Shown: in pieces, positions 1-10,934 of the stretch | Layout: each line of letters starts with the position of its first letter | Position numbering within the stretch: position 1 is the first letter of the stretch | From: Vicugna vicugna | Taxonomy: Eukaryota | Reading direction: 5' to 3' | DNA length: 64,000 bases | NCBI GenBank assembly: GCA_013265495.1 | Contig: MU058824.1 | Location: forward strand, 4,305,111-4,369,110 | Translations under genes and position numbers: made by a program | The notes under the pieces: generated by a model | The model's database searches: none | What the model was told of the DNA's origin: nothing | Seen by the model: the letters and a program-made list of their open reading frames with translations, nothing else

Positions 1-370
1 CTAGGGTGACTTCCAGTTTCCTGGTTGGACACCTTTGGGGTTGGGAATGTAAGAGGGGGAACAGGTTTTGGCAGATGAAGGTTGGGTGCCAGTGGGACAC
101 CCAGGTAGAAATGTGTAGGAGGCAGCTGGCTACAGGGGTCTGATTCAGGGGAGGATTGAGCTGCAGGTGGGAATTAGACCTCTGCCTGCGATTTGGAGTG
201 AGGGTAGAATCCTGTGAAACATCAGCATTTGAAGGCAGAGAGGAAAGCCAGGAAAGGGTAGGGTCACAGAAGCCAAAAAGGGAGTGTTTCAGGGAGGGTG
301 AGTAGTTGGTAGTGTCAAGTGCTGAGGAAGAGAAAACCAGAAAAGTTCATTGGCTTTGACCATGAAGAAG
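1..370 (-). mobile_element. Degraded LINE-2 fragment in a GNE intron
   Basis: Purine-rich sequence resembling antisense L2 (e.g. gtgggacacccaggtagaaatgtgtaggaggcagctgg). Recognised from memory; boundaries approximate. Confidence 0.55.
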
Positions 371-1445
371 GACATAATTTGAAGCCCTAAAACTTATTTT
401 TTCAACCTTGTTTTTATCATCACCCCTACTAAGGAACAGATACCACATATATGTTTATCTGTTTATGTACTCTCTGTATTAAAAGAGAAAGATTTTTTTT
501 TTTTGCCCCCAAGAACCAGTTTTTGCCCCCACAGGGGTAAATGCATGTCTTAAAAGCTCAGTCAAGTCATGGGAACAGAAGCCTAGCTGCCCTGAGTCAA
601 GGGAGGAAGTGCTGGGAGGGCATGGAATCTGGGAGCCGATGGACAGGAGACAAGGGAGCTGAAGTGAGGCTGAGAAGGCTGGAGAGGAAGAGCAGAGGAA
701 GGGTGGTGGGGTCCTCACCAGGAGGCCCTGGGGAGGGGGGAGGAGATGAGCCACAAAGCCCAGGTGGAGGGCCCAGGAAGGGAAAGGAGCAAGGGTAGGA
801 AACAGATGTGTGTAGAGGCAGGGGCAGAAGAGCAAGGAAATGTTTTGGTGGCAGGGGCGAGGACAGACCATTTGAGGAGGTGAAGGCTTAGAAAGGGGGA
901 GCGTGGCTAGAGTGAGACCCGGGTTGGTGTCCAGGTCTGCATGCTTGGGGTTTCCTCCCATCAGAGCCCGAGAATAGCAGATGAGGAGGGAGATTGATCT
1001 GGGTTGGTGACTGGCAGAGTGAGGGGCAGAAAGACAGCGACTATAGATGACAGTAGAAGTATCTACAGCGTCTGTACGATACCGCAGTCTTACAGTGAAG
1101 AGAAACGTGTGGAGAGGATGCGACAGTGTCGGGGAGGGCAGCTAGTGGTGGCAGCTGAACCCAGGTCTGACCATTTCCTAGGTGCTGTGCCTTCCTGCCA
1201 AGGTGGGGCACTGACAGGTGATGCATCACTGCATCTGGGATGGAAAAGGAAGATGAACTCAGAGGAATTCTGATAATTTGGGGGAAAACACCTCAAGGAA
1301 GGGAAAGTGAGGGAGGCTATGGTCAGAGTTGAGAATTTTCTGGTTAGGGAAGTTCAGGATGATGTACAGTAAGCAAGCAGAGGCCTCTGGCAGGGGTGTA
1401 TGGATGTTTCTGAATGATAAAAAGATGATCACAGCTCATGAATGA

Positions 1446-1799
<354 letters not shown>

Positions 1800-2071
1800 T
1801 GAAAAATCTACTTGTTCATTTTCTAGAAATTTAGAGAAATACAGGAGAGTAAGAAAAAGTATCTTTTAGTTTTACCATTCAGAGAGATCAAGTATTAACA
1901 TTTCCTTCCAGTCTTTTTTTTTCTCACATAATTGAGATCATACAGTATAGTATACATACAGTTTAAACCCAGCTTTTTTCATTTCCAAGTATCACATGAT
2001 CATCTTTTCATATTAAGGATAAATCATGAACATCTTTAAAAGCACTGCTTCCCACGAGGTGGTGCGAATAA

Positions 2072-2383
<312 letters not shown>

Positions 2384-2857
2384 GCCTCCCAGGCGTGGAG
2401 GTGGGCCAAGCCTCGTGAGCTCCTTGGTGGAACCAGGTTGTCTTCTAGACGAGCATTTCTTAGAAAGCAAATTTGGTATTTAAATTTGTTCTTTGGCAGG
2501 CGACTTTGGCAGGGAAGTTTTGCTTTTAGTCTCCTCTTCCAAAGTCATTTTCCCAGCCCTCACTTTTATAGATGCTGCTCTTTCTGGGGTCACTTCAGCT
2601 CAAACCTGTATTGTAGGTACCAGTCACGGTCTTCTGTGCCAAAAGGAACTACAGTAGTAGATGAGGAAGCCTTCGGACTCTGCTTACTGCATGTACCACT
2701 CAGACCTGCGGGCCTTGCTTGGGGTATGACTTTGATACTGGAGTTTGGATTATTAATCCTTCCTCCTCTGACCCAAAATTTAGAACACAGAAAGGGGTCC
2801 AGTCAGGGAACAGAAGGAAATCTCACCATGAAAGGCTTAAGTGAACATTTTAAAAAG

Positions 2858-2965
2858 TTTTATTGAGGTATTTTTTAAAGTGCACAATTTGATAAGTTTT
2901 GATGTATGTATATACCTGTGAAACCATGACCGTAATCAAGACATTAGACGTGTCTCACTCCCAAG
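2858..2965 (-). mobile_element. Short L1M 3'-end fragment within the GNE 3' UTR
   Basis: ttttattgaggta...aaagtgcacaatttgataagttttgatgtatgtatatacctgtgaaacc...aatcaaga is typical antisense old L1 3' end. Confidence 0.65.
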
Positions 2966-3374
2966 CGTTACTTGTTGAAAGATGCCATTTGTTATTACTC
3001 TTGCAGAATCGTGAGCAACTTTAGACCAGGAATCTGAATTACAGTGGCCTTAGTGATCTTGTCCTTATCTTCTTAAGGACAGCTGAGAAGCCACTAGGAC
3101 TTACAGCCTCTGAAAGGAGATTAACCATCCCAAAAGGATCTTTGCTACTGACTGGCAGGCACCTCTCCCTTCAAGAGCTTTTCAGACTATGCTGACTGTG
3201 ATCCTGGAGTGCCTGTACATACGGCAGTGTTTGCTGTGTGTCATACCTCAGGCCCACATCTGTGAATCTGCATTCTTGCTAAGTAAGATTCCATGCTTGC
3301 ACTGGTGTCAAGATACAAAGGCCAGGGTTCTTGCTATCAGTTTCAACCTGAAAGAAACACTAACAGCCACCATT

Positions 3375-3560
3375 TTTTAAGTGCCTATTGTGTGCCAGGC
3401 TCTGAACTTGGTGCTTCATACACATTATTGTAAGTTCTCACAACCAGTAAGGTAGGTGTTTTAATTACCATTTTATAGAACTAAGTCTTAAGTGGCGTGC
3501 CGAAAGCCATGTGGCTAGTGAGTCTTAGAGACGGGATCTGATCCTGGGTCCCTCTGTGCT
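3375..3560 (-). mobile_element. MIR SINE in the GNE 3' UTR
   Basis: agtgcctattgtgtgccaggc...ctcacaaccagtaaggtagg...ccattttataga, antisense MIR core. Confidence 0.65.
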
Positions 3561-3713
3561 CTTCTGCTAAGCCACACAACCTCTGTTCGCATTAAAAACT
3601 TTCAAAGGGCAAAATATATTCTAATTTACTACAGGCTACCAAAAGCTTTCACGAGAATGCCTGCTTAGTAAATGACTCGATTTATCTGTGACATTGTCTT
3701 CTCAGAGGTGTTT

Positions 3714-3719
3714 AATAAA
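3714..3719 (+). terminator. GNE: GNE proximal polyadenylation signal (candidate)
   Basis: AATAAA in the 3' UTR followed by GT-containing sequence. Confidence 0.45.
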
Positions 3720-4310
3720 ATATTCCTGTATGCTGTGGAAATGTTGCCAGTACAGTATTTGGTCTAGTGGCAGGTTTTTATGGGTACTTTCAGATGATCT
3801 AAAAAAGCAGATGCTTTTTAGATTATTTTAGGGAAACCTGAAGGTTTCTACAAAATAGAGGAATCAGTATCTCATGTGAACTACTTCCTTCCTAGTGGAT
3901 TAATGTTAAAAGATAGGCTCGCTGATTCCTAGAACTTTATCAGCTCTGAAATAATCTCCAGGTCCTGGTTATTTTTGAAATGTTCCTCATTGATTCCTGG
4001 AAAGGAAGCTAGGTGGCTTGGCCATCTGTCTGGGGTGAGCTGGGGTACTTGGAAGGGGCATCAGGTGTTCCTTGGTGAAATCTGTAGCCATTCGATACAC
4101 CAGACAGTTGCATTGCTACCAAGTTTCATACCAAACATTTGGAAGGATGGTATTGAATCTACAACCAAATCTTAGTTTTTATTAAATTAATGGAAAGGCT
4201 AAAATAATATATTCCAACATAATTATTACATGTAGTTAAATGATCACATCTTAATTTATTTTAATGTAAATATTTTTATGTTACTGTTCTGAGTCAAATT
4301 CTAAAGAAAA

Positions 4311-4316
4311 AATAAA
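4311..4316 (+). terminator. GNE: GNE distal polyadenylation signal
   Basis: AATAAA with a U-rich upstream region and a downstream U/GU-rich element at about 4343-4362. Confidence 0.6.
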
Positions 4317-4519
4317 TATATTTCCTTGTGGAAATTCTGACATTTTTGTATTTTTGTTTTGATCTTAATTAGCTCACTAGCTAAAAGCATTTCCCTTCCC
4401 CCCCAAATTTTATATTGTTGCATTGCTTACTTTTTGAAGGTTATATAACTTATTTTAAGGCATTTAATATTGATTTAACCACGCCCCCAAAGACTGATAA
4501 TAAACCATTGTTATATAAC

Positions 4520-5015
4520 TTTTTAAAAAATTGCAAAATAATCACCACAGTGTCTAGCTAATATCATCCCCATATGTAGTTAACAGTTTTTTTTCTTTTG
4601 ATGAGAACTTTGAAGATCTACTTTTATAGCAACTTTCAAATATGCCACATAGTGTTACCAGCTATAGTTGCCGTGTTGTACATTATATCCCCAGGACTTA
4701 ACTTATTTCATAACTGGAAGTTTGTACCTTTTGTCGCCCTTCACCCATTTCACTGATTTCCTACCCTCAGCCTCTGGCAATCACCAGTCTGTTCCCTGTA
4801 TCTTATGAGCTTGCTTCTGAGGTTTTTGTTTTTTAAAGATTCCATGTATGAGTAAGATCATATGGTATTTGTCTTTCTCTGTCTGATTTATTTCACTTAG
4901 CATAATGCCCTCAAGGTCTATCCATGTTTCACAAATAGCATGATTTCATTTTTTTATGGCCGAACACTGTGCTGTTAGACACACACACAGACACACACAC
5001 ACACACAGACACACA

Positions 5016-5099
<84 letters not shown>

Positions 5100-6420
5100 A
5101 TCCATTCCATCAGTTGATGGACACTTGGGTTGTTTTCGTATCTTGGCTGTGTAGATAATGCTTCATATAAGGGTGCATATATATCTTTTTGAATTAGTGT
5201 TTTCATTTTCTTTGAATAAATACCCGGAAGTGGGATTGCTGGATCATATGGTAATTCCAGTTTTAAATTTTTTGAGGAACCTCCATCCTGTTCTATAGTG
5301 GCTGCACCAATTTACACTCCCATCAGCAGTGCACAAGGGTTTCCGTTCTCCACATCCTCTCCAACACTTGTTTCTTGTCTTTTTGGTACCAGCCATTCTA
5401 AGAGGTGTGAGGTGGTATCTCATTGTGGTTTTGATTGTCATTTTCCCTGACAGATAGTGATGTTGAGCACCTTTTCATTTACCTGTTGGCCAGCTGTATG
5501 TCTTATTTTTTGAATATCTATTTAGATCCTCTGTTTATTTTTAAATTGGATTGTTTTTATGCTATTTCAGGCCTTAGAGTCAGGTCTTTAATCAATTTTG
5601 GGGTTAATTTTTGTGTATGGTGTAAGGTAATGGTCCAGTTTTCCCAACACCGTTTATTGAAGTGACTGCCCTTTCCTGATTGTATATTCTTGGCTCTTTT
5701 GTAATAACTAATTGACCTTCTATGAGTGGGTTTATTTCTGGGCTACTGTGTTTCATTGATCTGTGTGTCTGTTTTTATGCCAACACCATACTGTTTTTGA
5801 TGACTGTAGCTTTCTACTATGGTTTGAAATCAGGGAGAGTGATGCCTCCAACTTTGTTCTTTCCCAAGATTGCTTTCGTTATTGAGGGTTTTTTGTGTTT
5901 CAGTACAAATTTTAGGATTGTTCTATTTTTGTGAAAAATGCCATTGGACTTTTGATTGGTACTACACTGAATCTGTAGATTGCTTTGGATACGATGGACA
6001 TTTTAACCATACCCTTTAATCCATGAGCATGGGGTATCTTTGTTTGTGTCTTCAGTTGCTTTCATCAGTGTCTGATAGTTTTCAGTGTACAGTTTTCACC
6101 TCCTTGGTTAAATTTATTCCTGGGTATTTTAATCTTTTTGAGGCAATCATTAATGGAATTGTTTTCTTAATTTCTGATAGTTCACTGTTAGTGTACAGAA
6201 ATGCAACAGATTTCTGTATACTTATTTTGTATCCTGTAACTTTACCGAATTGACTTATTCTGTTTTTTGGTGGCGTCTTTAGGGTTTCCTATATATAAAA
6301 TCACGTCATCTGTAAAAAGTGTGTTTTATTTCTTCCTTCCAATTTGGATGCGCTTTATTCTTTTTCTTGTGTTCTAAGTGTTCTCACTAGGGCTTCAGTA
6401 CTATGTTGAATACCATGTAA
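4520..6420 (-). mobile_element. 5'-truncated LINE-1 (L1MA-like): 3' UTR and ORF2 C-terminal remnant
   Basis: ORF2 remnants in the ORF track (IKTTMRYHLTPLRMA...NKCWRGCGERKPLCTADGSVNW; KTLIQKDI...) plus typical L1 3' UTR. Confidence 0.9.
4979..5092. repeat. Compound (AC)n-(TC)n microsatellite inside the L1
   Basis: AC run at 4979-5056 (interrupted by AG) directly abuts a TC run at 5057-5092. Confidence 0.97.
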
Positions 6421-6554
6421 GATTTGACATAAGAGGCAAAAGTGGCCCGAAGAAAGGTTTGAAACTAAATGTTGAGCATTCACTGGCTTTCTGGAGCAAC
6501 TCCTTCCTTTTTATGAAGCCCCATGTGGGTGATGTAGGCATTAGAAACAATCCA

Positions 6555-7000
6555 GAGTTACTACTGCTGTGTAATAAACCACCTCAAAACTTAAGAGGCT
6601 TAAACAGTAATCATTTTCTCTCATGGTTTCTGTAGGCCAAGAATTTGGAAAAGGCTCTGCTTGGCAGTTCTGACAGGGTGGCCGATGTACTTGCAGTTAG
6701 ACTGGCTGGAGCTGGAATGAGAGGCAGCTGGAAAACTAAGGAGGGACTAGCCAGGCATTTCTCTTTGCTTGTGGTTTCAGGGTCTCTCCGTGTAGTGTCT
6801 CCACGTGGTCTGGTTTGGGCTCGCTCATAGCATGGCGGCTTCAGGGCGGTACCCTTTTACATGGTGGCTCAAGGACTAGCAGCTTGTGTGTTCCAACAAA
6901 CCAGCCGTAAGCTACATCGCCTTTTATGACCTAGCCTTGGAAGCTATATAGCATTACTTTTGTCATATCCAGTCACCTCTTGATTCAGAGGAAGTCACAG
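6555..7000. mobile_element. MaLR (MLT1-like) solo LTR
   Basis: gctgtgtaataaaccacctcaaaacttaagaggcttaaac...tcatggtttctgtaggccaagaatttgg...cttttatgacctagccttggaag resembles MLT1 LTRs. Confidence 0.75.
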
Positions 7001-7724
7001 ACTTTATTGACGTCTTAACAACTGCCACATCCACCCTCACGAAACCCATCTGGTGTGGGAGGCAAGGCCAGTCCAGACAGCACCACCGAGACAGTATCAA
7101 AAGGTAAGCTGTCCCATACAGAGGGCCATGGGAGCTCAGGGGAGGAAGTAAGGAAAGGCATTGTGGAGGTGGCCTTTGAGCTAATTCTTAAATCAGATTT
7201 CCACATCTTCAACGGCATTAGCAAGGCCCAGAGGCAACATGGTTGGTGAACAGCAGCTAGGGATGGCTTGATTGCAATCAGAGGTGGCTAAAGGGGAGGA
7301 ATGAGCAGAGGCCAGAAATGCAGGTCAGATAAGGAATGCCCAACTTAGAAGCTTGGGAACGGGGAGGTACGCAGAAAAGTAAAAGTTCCTCTCCCTTCCA
7401 GACATAATTACCATAAGAGAGACGGTGGACTTCCCTTCTCGGCAATGTCAAGACCTAACTCTGCTCCGCTGCCTCCTGAGTGTGGTGTTACAGGAGTTTA
7501 CATCAGTCTCCAACTTGGAAATAGTATCAGGTAACTATTAACAGTTTTCTGGAATATGGCTTTATTAGTTACTTTGAATCATCTAAATTATCACCTAAAG
7601 TGTGCCAAGTTCTGAGGGCAGATAACGAATGTGTTGAAGCCTAAACGGAGCACACAGTCCTTCAGGCACCTGTTGTATAGATCAGCTGATCCAGAATTTT
7701 CTGTGATGGCGTGAATGTCCTACA

Positions 7725-7865
7725 ATGCCCTGTACAACCTGGATGCTACCTAATAATAACCTGTGGTCATAGAGCATATGAAACGCAGCTAGGGCTAGAA
7801 TTGTATTTTTAAGTGATTTAAGTAGCAACATGTGCCAGATGGGCTACTGTAACTGCCAGCACAGT
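7725..7865. mobile_element. MER3-like hAT-Charlie remnant
   Basis: Ends in agcaacatgtg...ggctactgtaactgccagcacag, similar to MER3 termini. Confidence 0.5.
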
Positions 7866-8331
7866 TAAGGACTTGACAAGAGAAAAACGAGCAAAGTGCC
7901 AGGGGTGGCACAGATGTAGGGTGTGCTACGGGGATTCAGAGTAATGGGCCGGCCACACTCAGGTTTACTGGCTGAATCTAAAGGAGTAAAGGTCTCACTA
8001 GCTTATGTTCCCCAGAGACCCCCTGCTGAAATACACCATCCAGGATCCCAAAGTAAGGGACAGAGACAAACAGGAGCTGGGGAAAATATCTAGGGTGCGA
8101 GGGGATTCACAGCTCAATCTTCGGTGGGCAGTGAGGTTAACTTTTAGAAACAATGGAAACTTCCACAGACTCCCTACTACAGACAGTGGAAACTCGGAGC
8201 TAGTTTAGTTCAAGTCAGAGGTAGGCACCCAAGGGCTGTGCCTCCTCAGCCCTAGAAAGGGTGAGAGGAAACTCCTCACCAACCTCACTCCACACTGCAG
8301 CACAGCTTGAGGTCAATAATGAAGCTTCATG

Positions 8332-8357
8332 TTTATTGTTTGAAACAGAAATTTATT
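8332..8357 (-). terminator. CLTA: CLTA tandem polyadenylation signals
   Basis: Minus-strand AATAAA at 8352-8357 and 8332-8337, about 260-280 nt after the stop codon. Confidence 0.8.
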
Positions 8358-8613
8358 CTCAGAATAATGCATGAGAGCGTAGGTTGAGACTGCCGGTGGG
8401 AGGCCTCCCTCCCTCCCCCTGCTGCCTCCCCCCACTCTCTGAATGCCAGGGAGAACACAGGTGAAGGAAACATGCAATCACAAACAATGATTAACTCTAA
8501 AGACAAAAAGGTTTGGTCCAAAAGAACTCAACATAATTAATCCAATTACTGTGAAGAGCTTCACTGAGTAGGATTAAGATATTGCAGACGTAGTGTTTCC
8601 ACAGAGTGGCTCT

Positions 8614-8785
8614 TCAGTGCACCAGGGGGGCCTGCTTGAGGGAGATGAGGACAGAACGCATGCGGGAGACATCTTTGGCCTGCTTGCTGGACTTGGGGTT
8701 AAAGTCACACAGCCGGGCCACCCGTTCCCACTCAGTGCCTGGGGATGACTCTTCAATGTCATTTACAAAGGCTTCTTCTGCTGCC
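8614..8785 (-). CDS. CLTA: Clathrin light chain A, exon 7 (terminal coding part)
   Basis: Acceptor ttgttgcttccag|G. Translates (R)AAEEAFVNDIEESSPGTEWERVARLCDFNPKSSKQAKDVSRMRSVLISLKQAPLVH, TGA at 8614-8616; 172 nt. Confidence 0.97.
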
Positions 8786-9740
8786 CTGGAAGCAACAACA
8801 AAATTACGTTGGTTTAATGTAGAATTCCCCTGTCGGCTACCTGGCGGCTGCCTTGTTATGGAAGCAACTGCCTCTTCATGCCTGACTTAAGGGCATTCTG
8901 GTTTGCCAAAGAGTAACAGCCCCTGGCCCAGGTCAGACTCGGGAGCAGACGCGTGGCCAGCTCTCCCAGGCACAGGGTGCCCGGACTGCTGTGTAAAATG
9001 TTGGAATACAGGTGTTTGGTTCAGGGCTCACTCTGTTGATACAGAGAATTAAAGCAAGTCCTTAGCCAGCTACTCACTGTCTTCATTAGCAAGAGGCAAA
9101 GCAGCAGGCTAGTCCAGAACTTGAACAGTAGTTCATGGTGGGCTGTACTGAGTTTCAAGTAAATTTAGAGATTTTTAAGAAGCACGAAGGTCACTGCACA
9201 ATAGCCTCTGGATTTATTCTTAAGGCTGGAGAGAAACAGGGCAGAGATCAAAAGGAATTCAAGACAAAGCTCCCATGCTAGCAGGCACTAGAGACTAAAG
9301 CCATTCTGGAAGGGGTCTGTTAGGACATTCTCCTGTTCAGCCAAAAGTTTGCCGTTTCCCTCCAGCCGGGTGCCTCTCGGGGCACGCTCTGGCAGGGGCG
9401 GGCGCCCAACGGCCGAGAGCCAACCAGTGTTAGTTGCTTTGTGGTAGGCTGCTGCTCCAGCGTTCTTTCACACCAAGGTCAGCCCATCCCCAGTTGGGAA
9501 CTAACTGGTAGGAGCTACAGCCTAAAAGGACAGCGGTAAGAGGAGGGAAGACACACTATTTCATCTACTCCAACAGGCATCACGGGCAAAGCGAAAGCAA
9601 TGGAGATGACTGGTCTGTGGGGACGGGGAGGGGTGGCACTCTCACAGGGATGGCCGTGGCAAACACCGCTGAAGCCCAGAGCCACTACAACACTGCGACT
9701 TCATGGCACACACAGGGGCAGTGAGAAAGGTTTACTTAAC

Positions 9741-9776
9741 TGTTCTAGGCTGTAGCAAGGATGGTTTATGTTTGTG
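9741..9776 (-). CDS. CLTA: Clathrin light chain A, exon 6 (neuron-specific 36-nt exon)
   Basis: Acceptor cctttaag|, donor |gttaag; encodes TNINHPCYSLEQ and preserves frame. Confidence 0.95.
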
Positions 9777-10880
9777 CTTAAAGGTGAAAAGAAGAAAAGA
9801 AACAAGAGAAACTTTAGGTCAGATACGGAAAATGAGAATGAGCTCAATGCAGATGGTCAGTAAGCTAGACATGCCCTTGCCACTCTGTGTGCTGGGGACG
9901 TGCAGCTGGCTTTGCTGGGCCACCCTGCTGCCCAGCAAACCCAGACTCGACCTTTCCAGTCTCCATTTTGCAAAAAGCAAACCCAATACCACCTGTAAGT
10001 CCAGCATTTCACAAGTTTCACTGCAAATGCACCTGGGGGCCCAGGAAACCCAGCTGTCTCCTAACCAGAGGAACAACTCGAGCCACAGGCCCTAAGAGGC
10101 TCTATAGGCCTCAGCCTGTGTCTGTCTCCCCTTCCCATAAGTTAGTTCCTCTCTCCCTCCAGTCCACCCTCATCTCTGTTCTACCAAAAGCTAGTCCTAA
10201 TTTCTAAGGAGGAAACAGAAGTGATTCAGCAGTACTGCTTTGAAAACAGGAATCCTTAAACATTTTTCCAGAAAAGATGCAGTTTTCTTTGTGGGAAAAA
10301 GCTAAAGTGGCCCCACATCAGACAGCTCTGGCTATCTTGCCCTCACAGCTGGGGGTCTCTACACCAGGGTGGGAGACAGGGCATCAGAAGCTGGCCACTA
10401 AACACTGATTTCCAATATGTGAGAGAAACAAGTACAGACCCCACAGGAGACAGCCCCCTCTGCGCTGACACTTCTGCGCCAAGGGAACATGTTTGTTAAA
10501 GGAACAGAGTGTAGAAAGTGCTGCCCTCACTGACTCCTCCCCTAGATGGAGACATTCCCCCTTCCCACCTGGGGCAGGGGGGCAGCAAGAGGTCAGAGCC
10601 CACCCTGGTCCCAAAGCCTTCCCAGCCAAGATCACAAATGACCCATATCTTGAAAGGGAGTCAGCTTGCTTCCCCTCAAAATGAAAAATGGCAACCAGAG
10701 TTGTGGGGAGTCGTGATTCTGAGAGACAATGGAACATATCCCCAGCTTAACTCTTAGGCAGCCCCCAGAGCCAATGTGAAATAATTTTAAAAGCAAAAGC
10801 GACTTGTGACATAAAAGGAGCATTAACTCTAAACGAAAAGTAGAAACAAAACAAGAAAAGGAATTAGTTTTGCAACATAC

Positions 10881-10934
10881 ACATAACCAATCACGTCAGC
10901 GAAGGGTTGTTTGTAGAAAGCTTCATCTGCCACC
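10881..10934 (-). CDS. CLTA: Clathrin light chain A, exon 5 (neuron-specific 54-nt exon)
   Basis: Acceptor gctgtctag|, donor |gtatgt; encodes VADEAFYKQPFADVIGYV and preserves frame. Confidence 0.96.

Larger units (their letters stand above)
2384..4335 (+). other. GNE: GNE 3' UTR (probable extent)
   Basis: Follows the stop codon and becomes AU-rich; ends near AATAAA 4311-4316, which is followed by a U/GU-rich tract (tttttgtatttttgttttg). Confidence 0.65.

Noticed and set aside
4946..5206. ORFs with ER/CV/TH/LS dipeptide repeats
   Set aside because: Translations of the AC/TC microsatellite within an L1.
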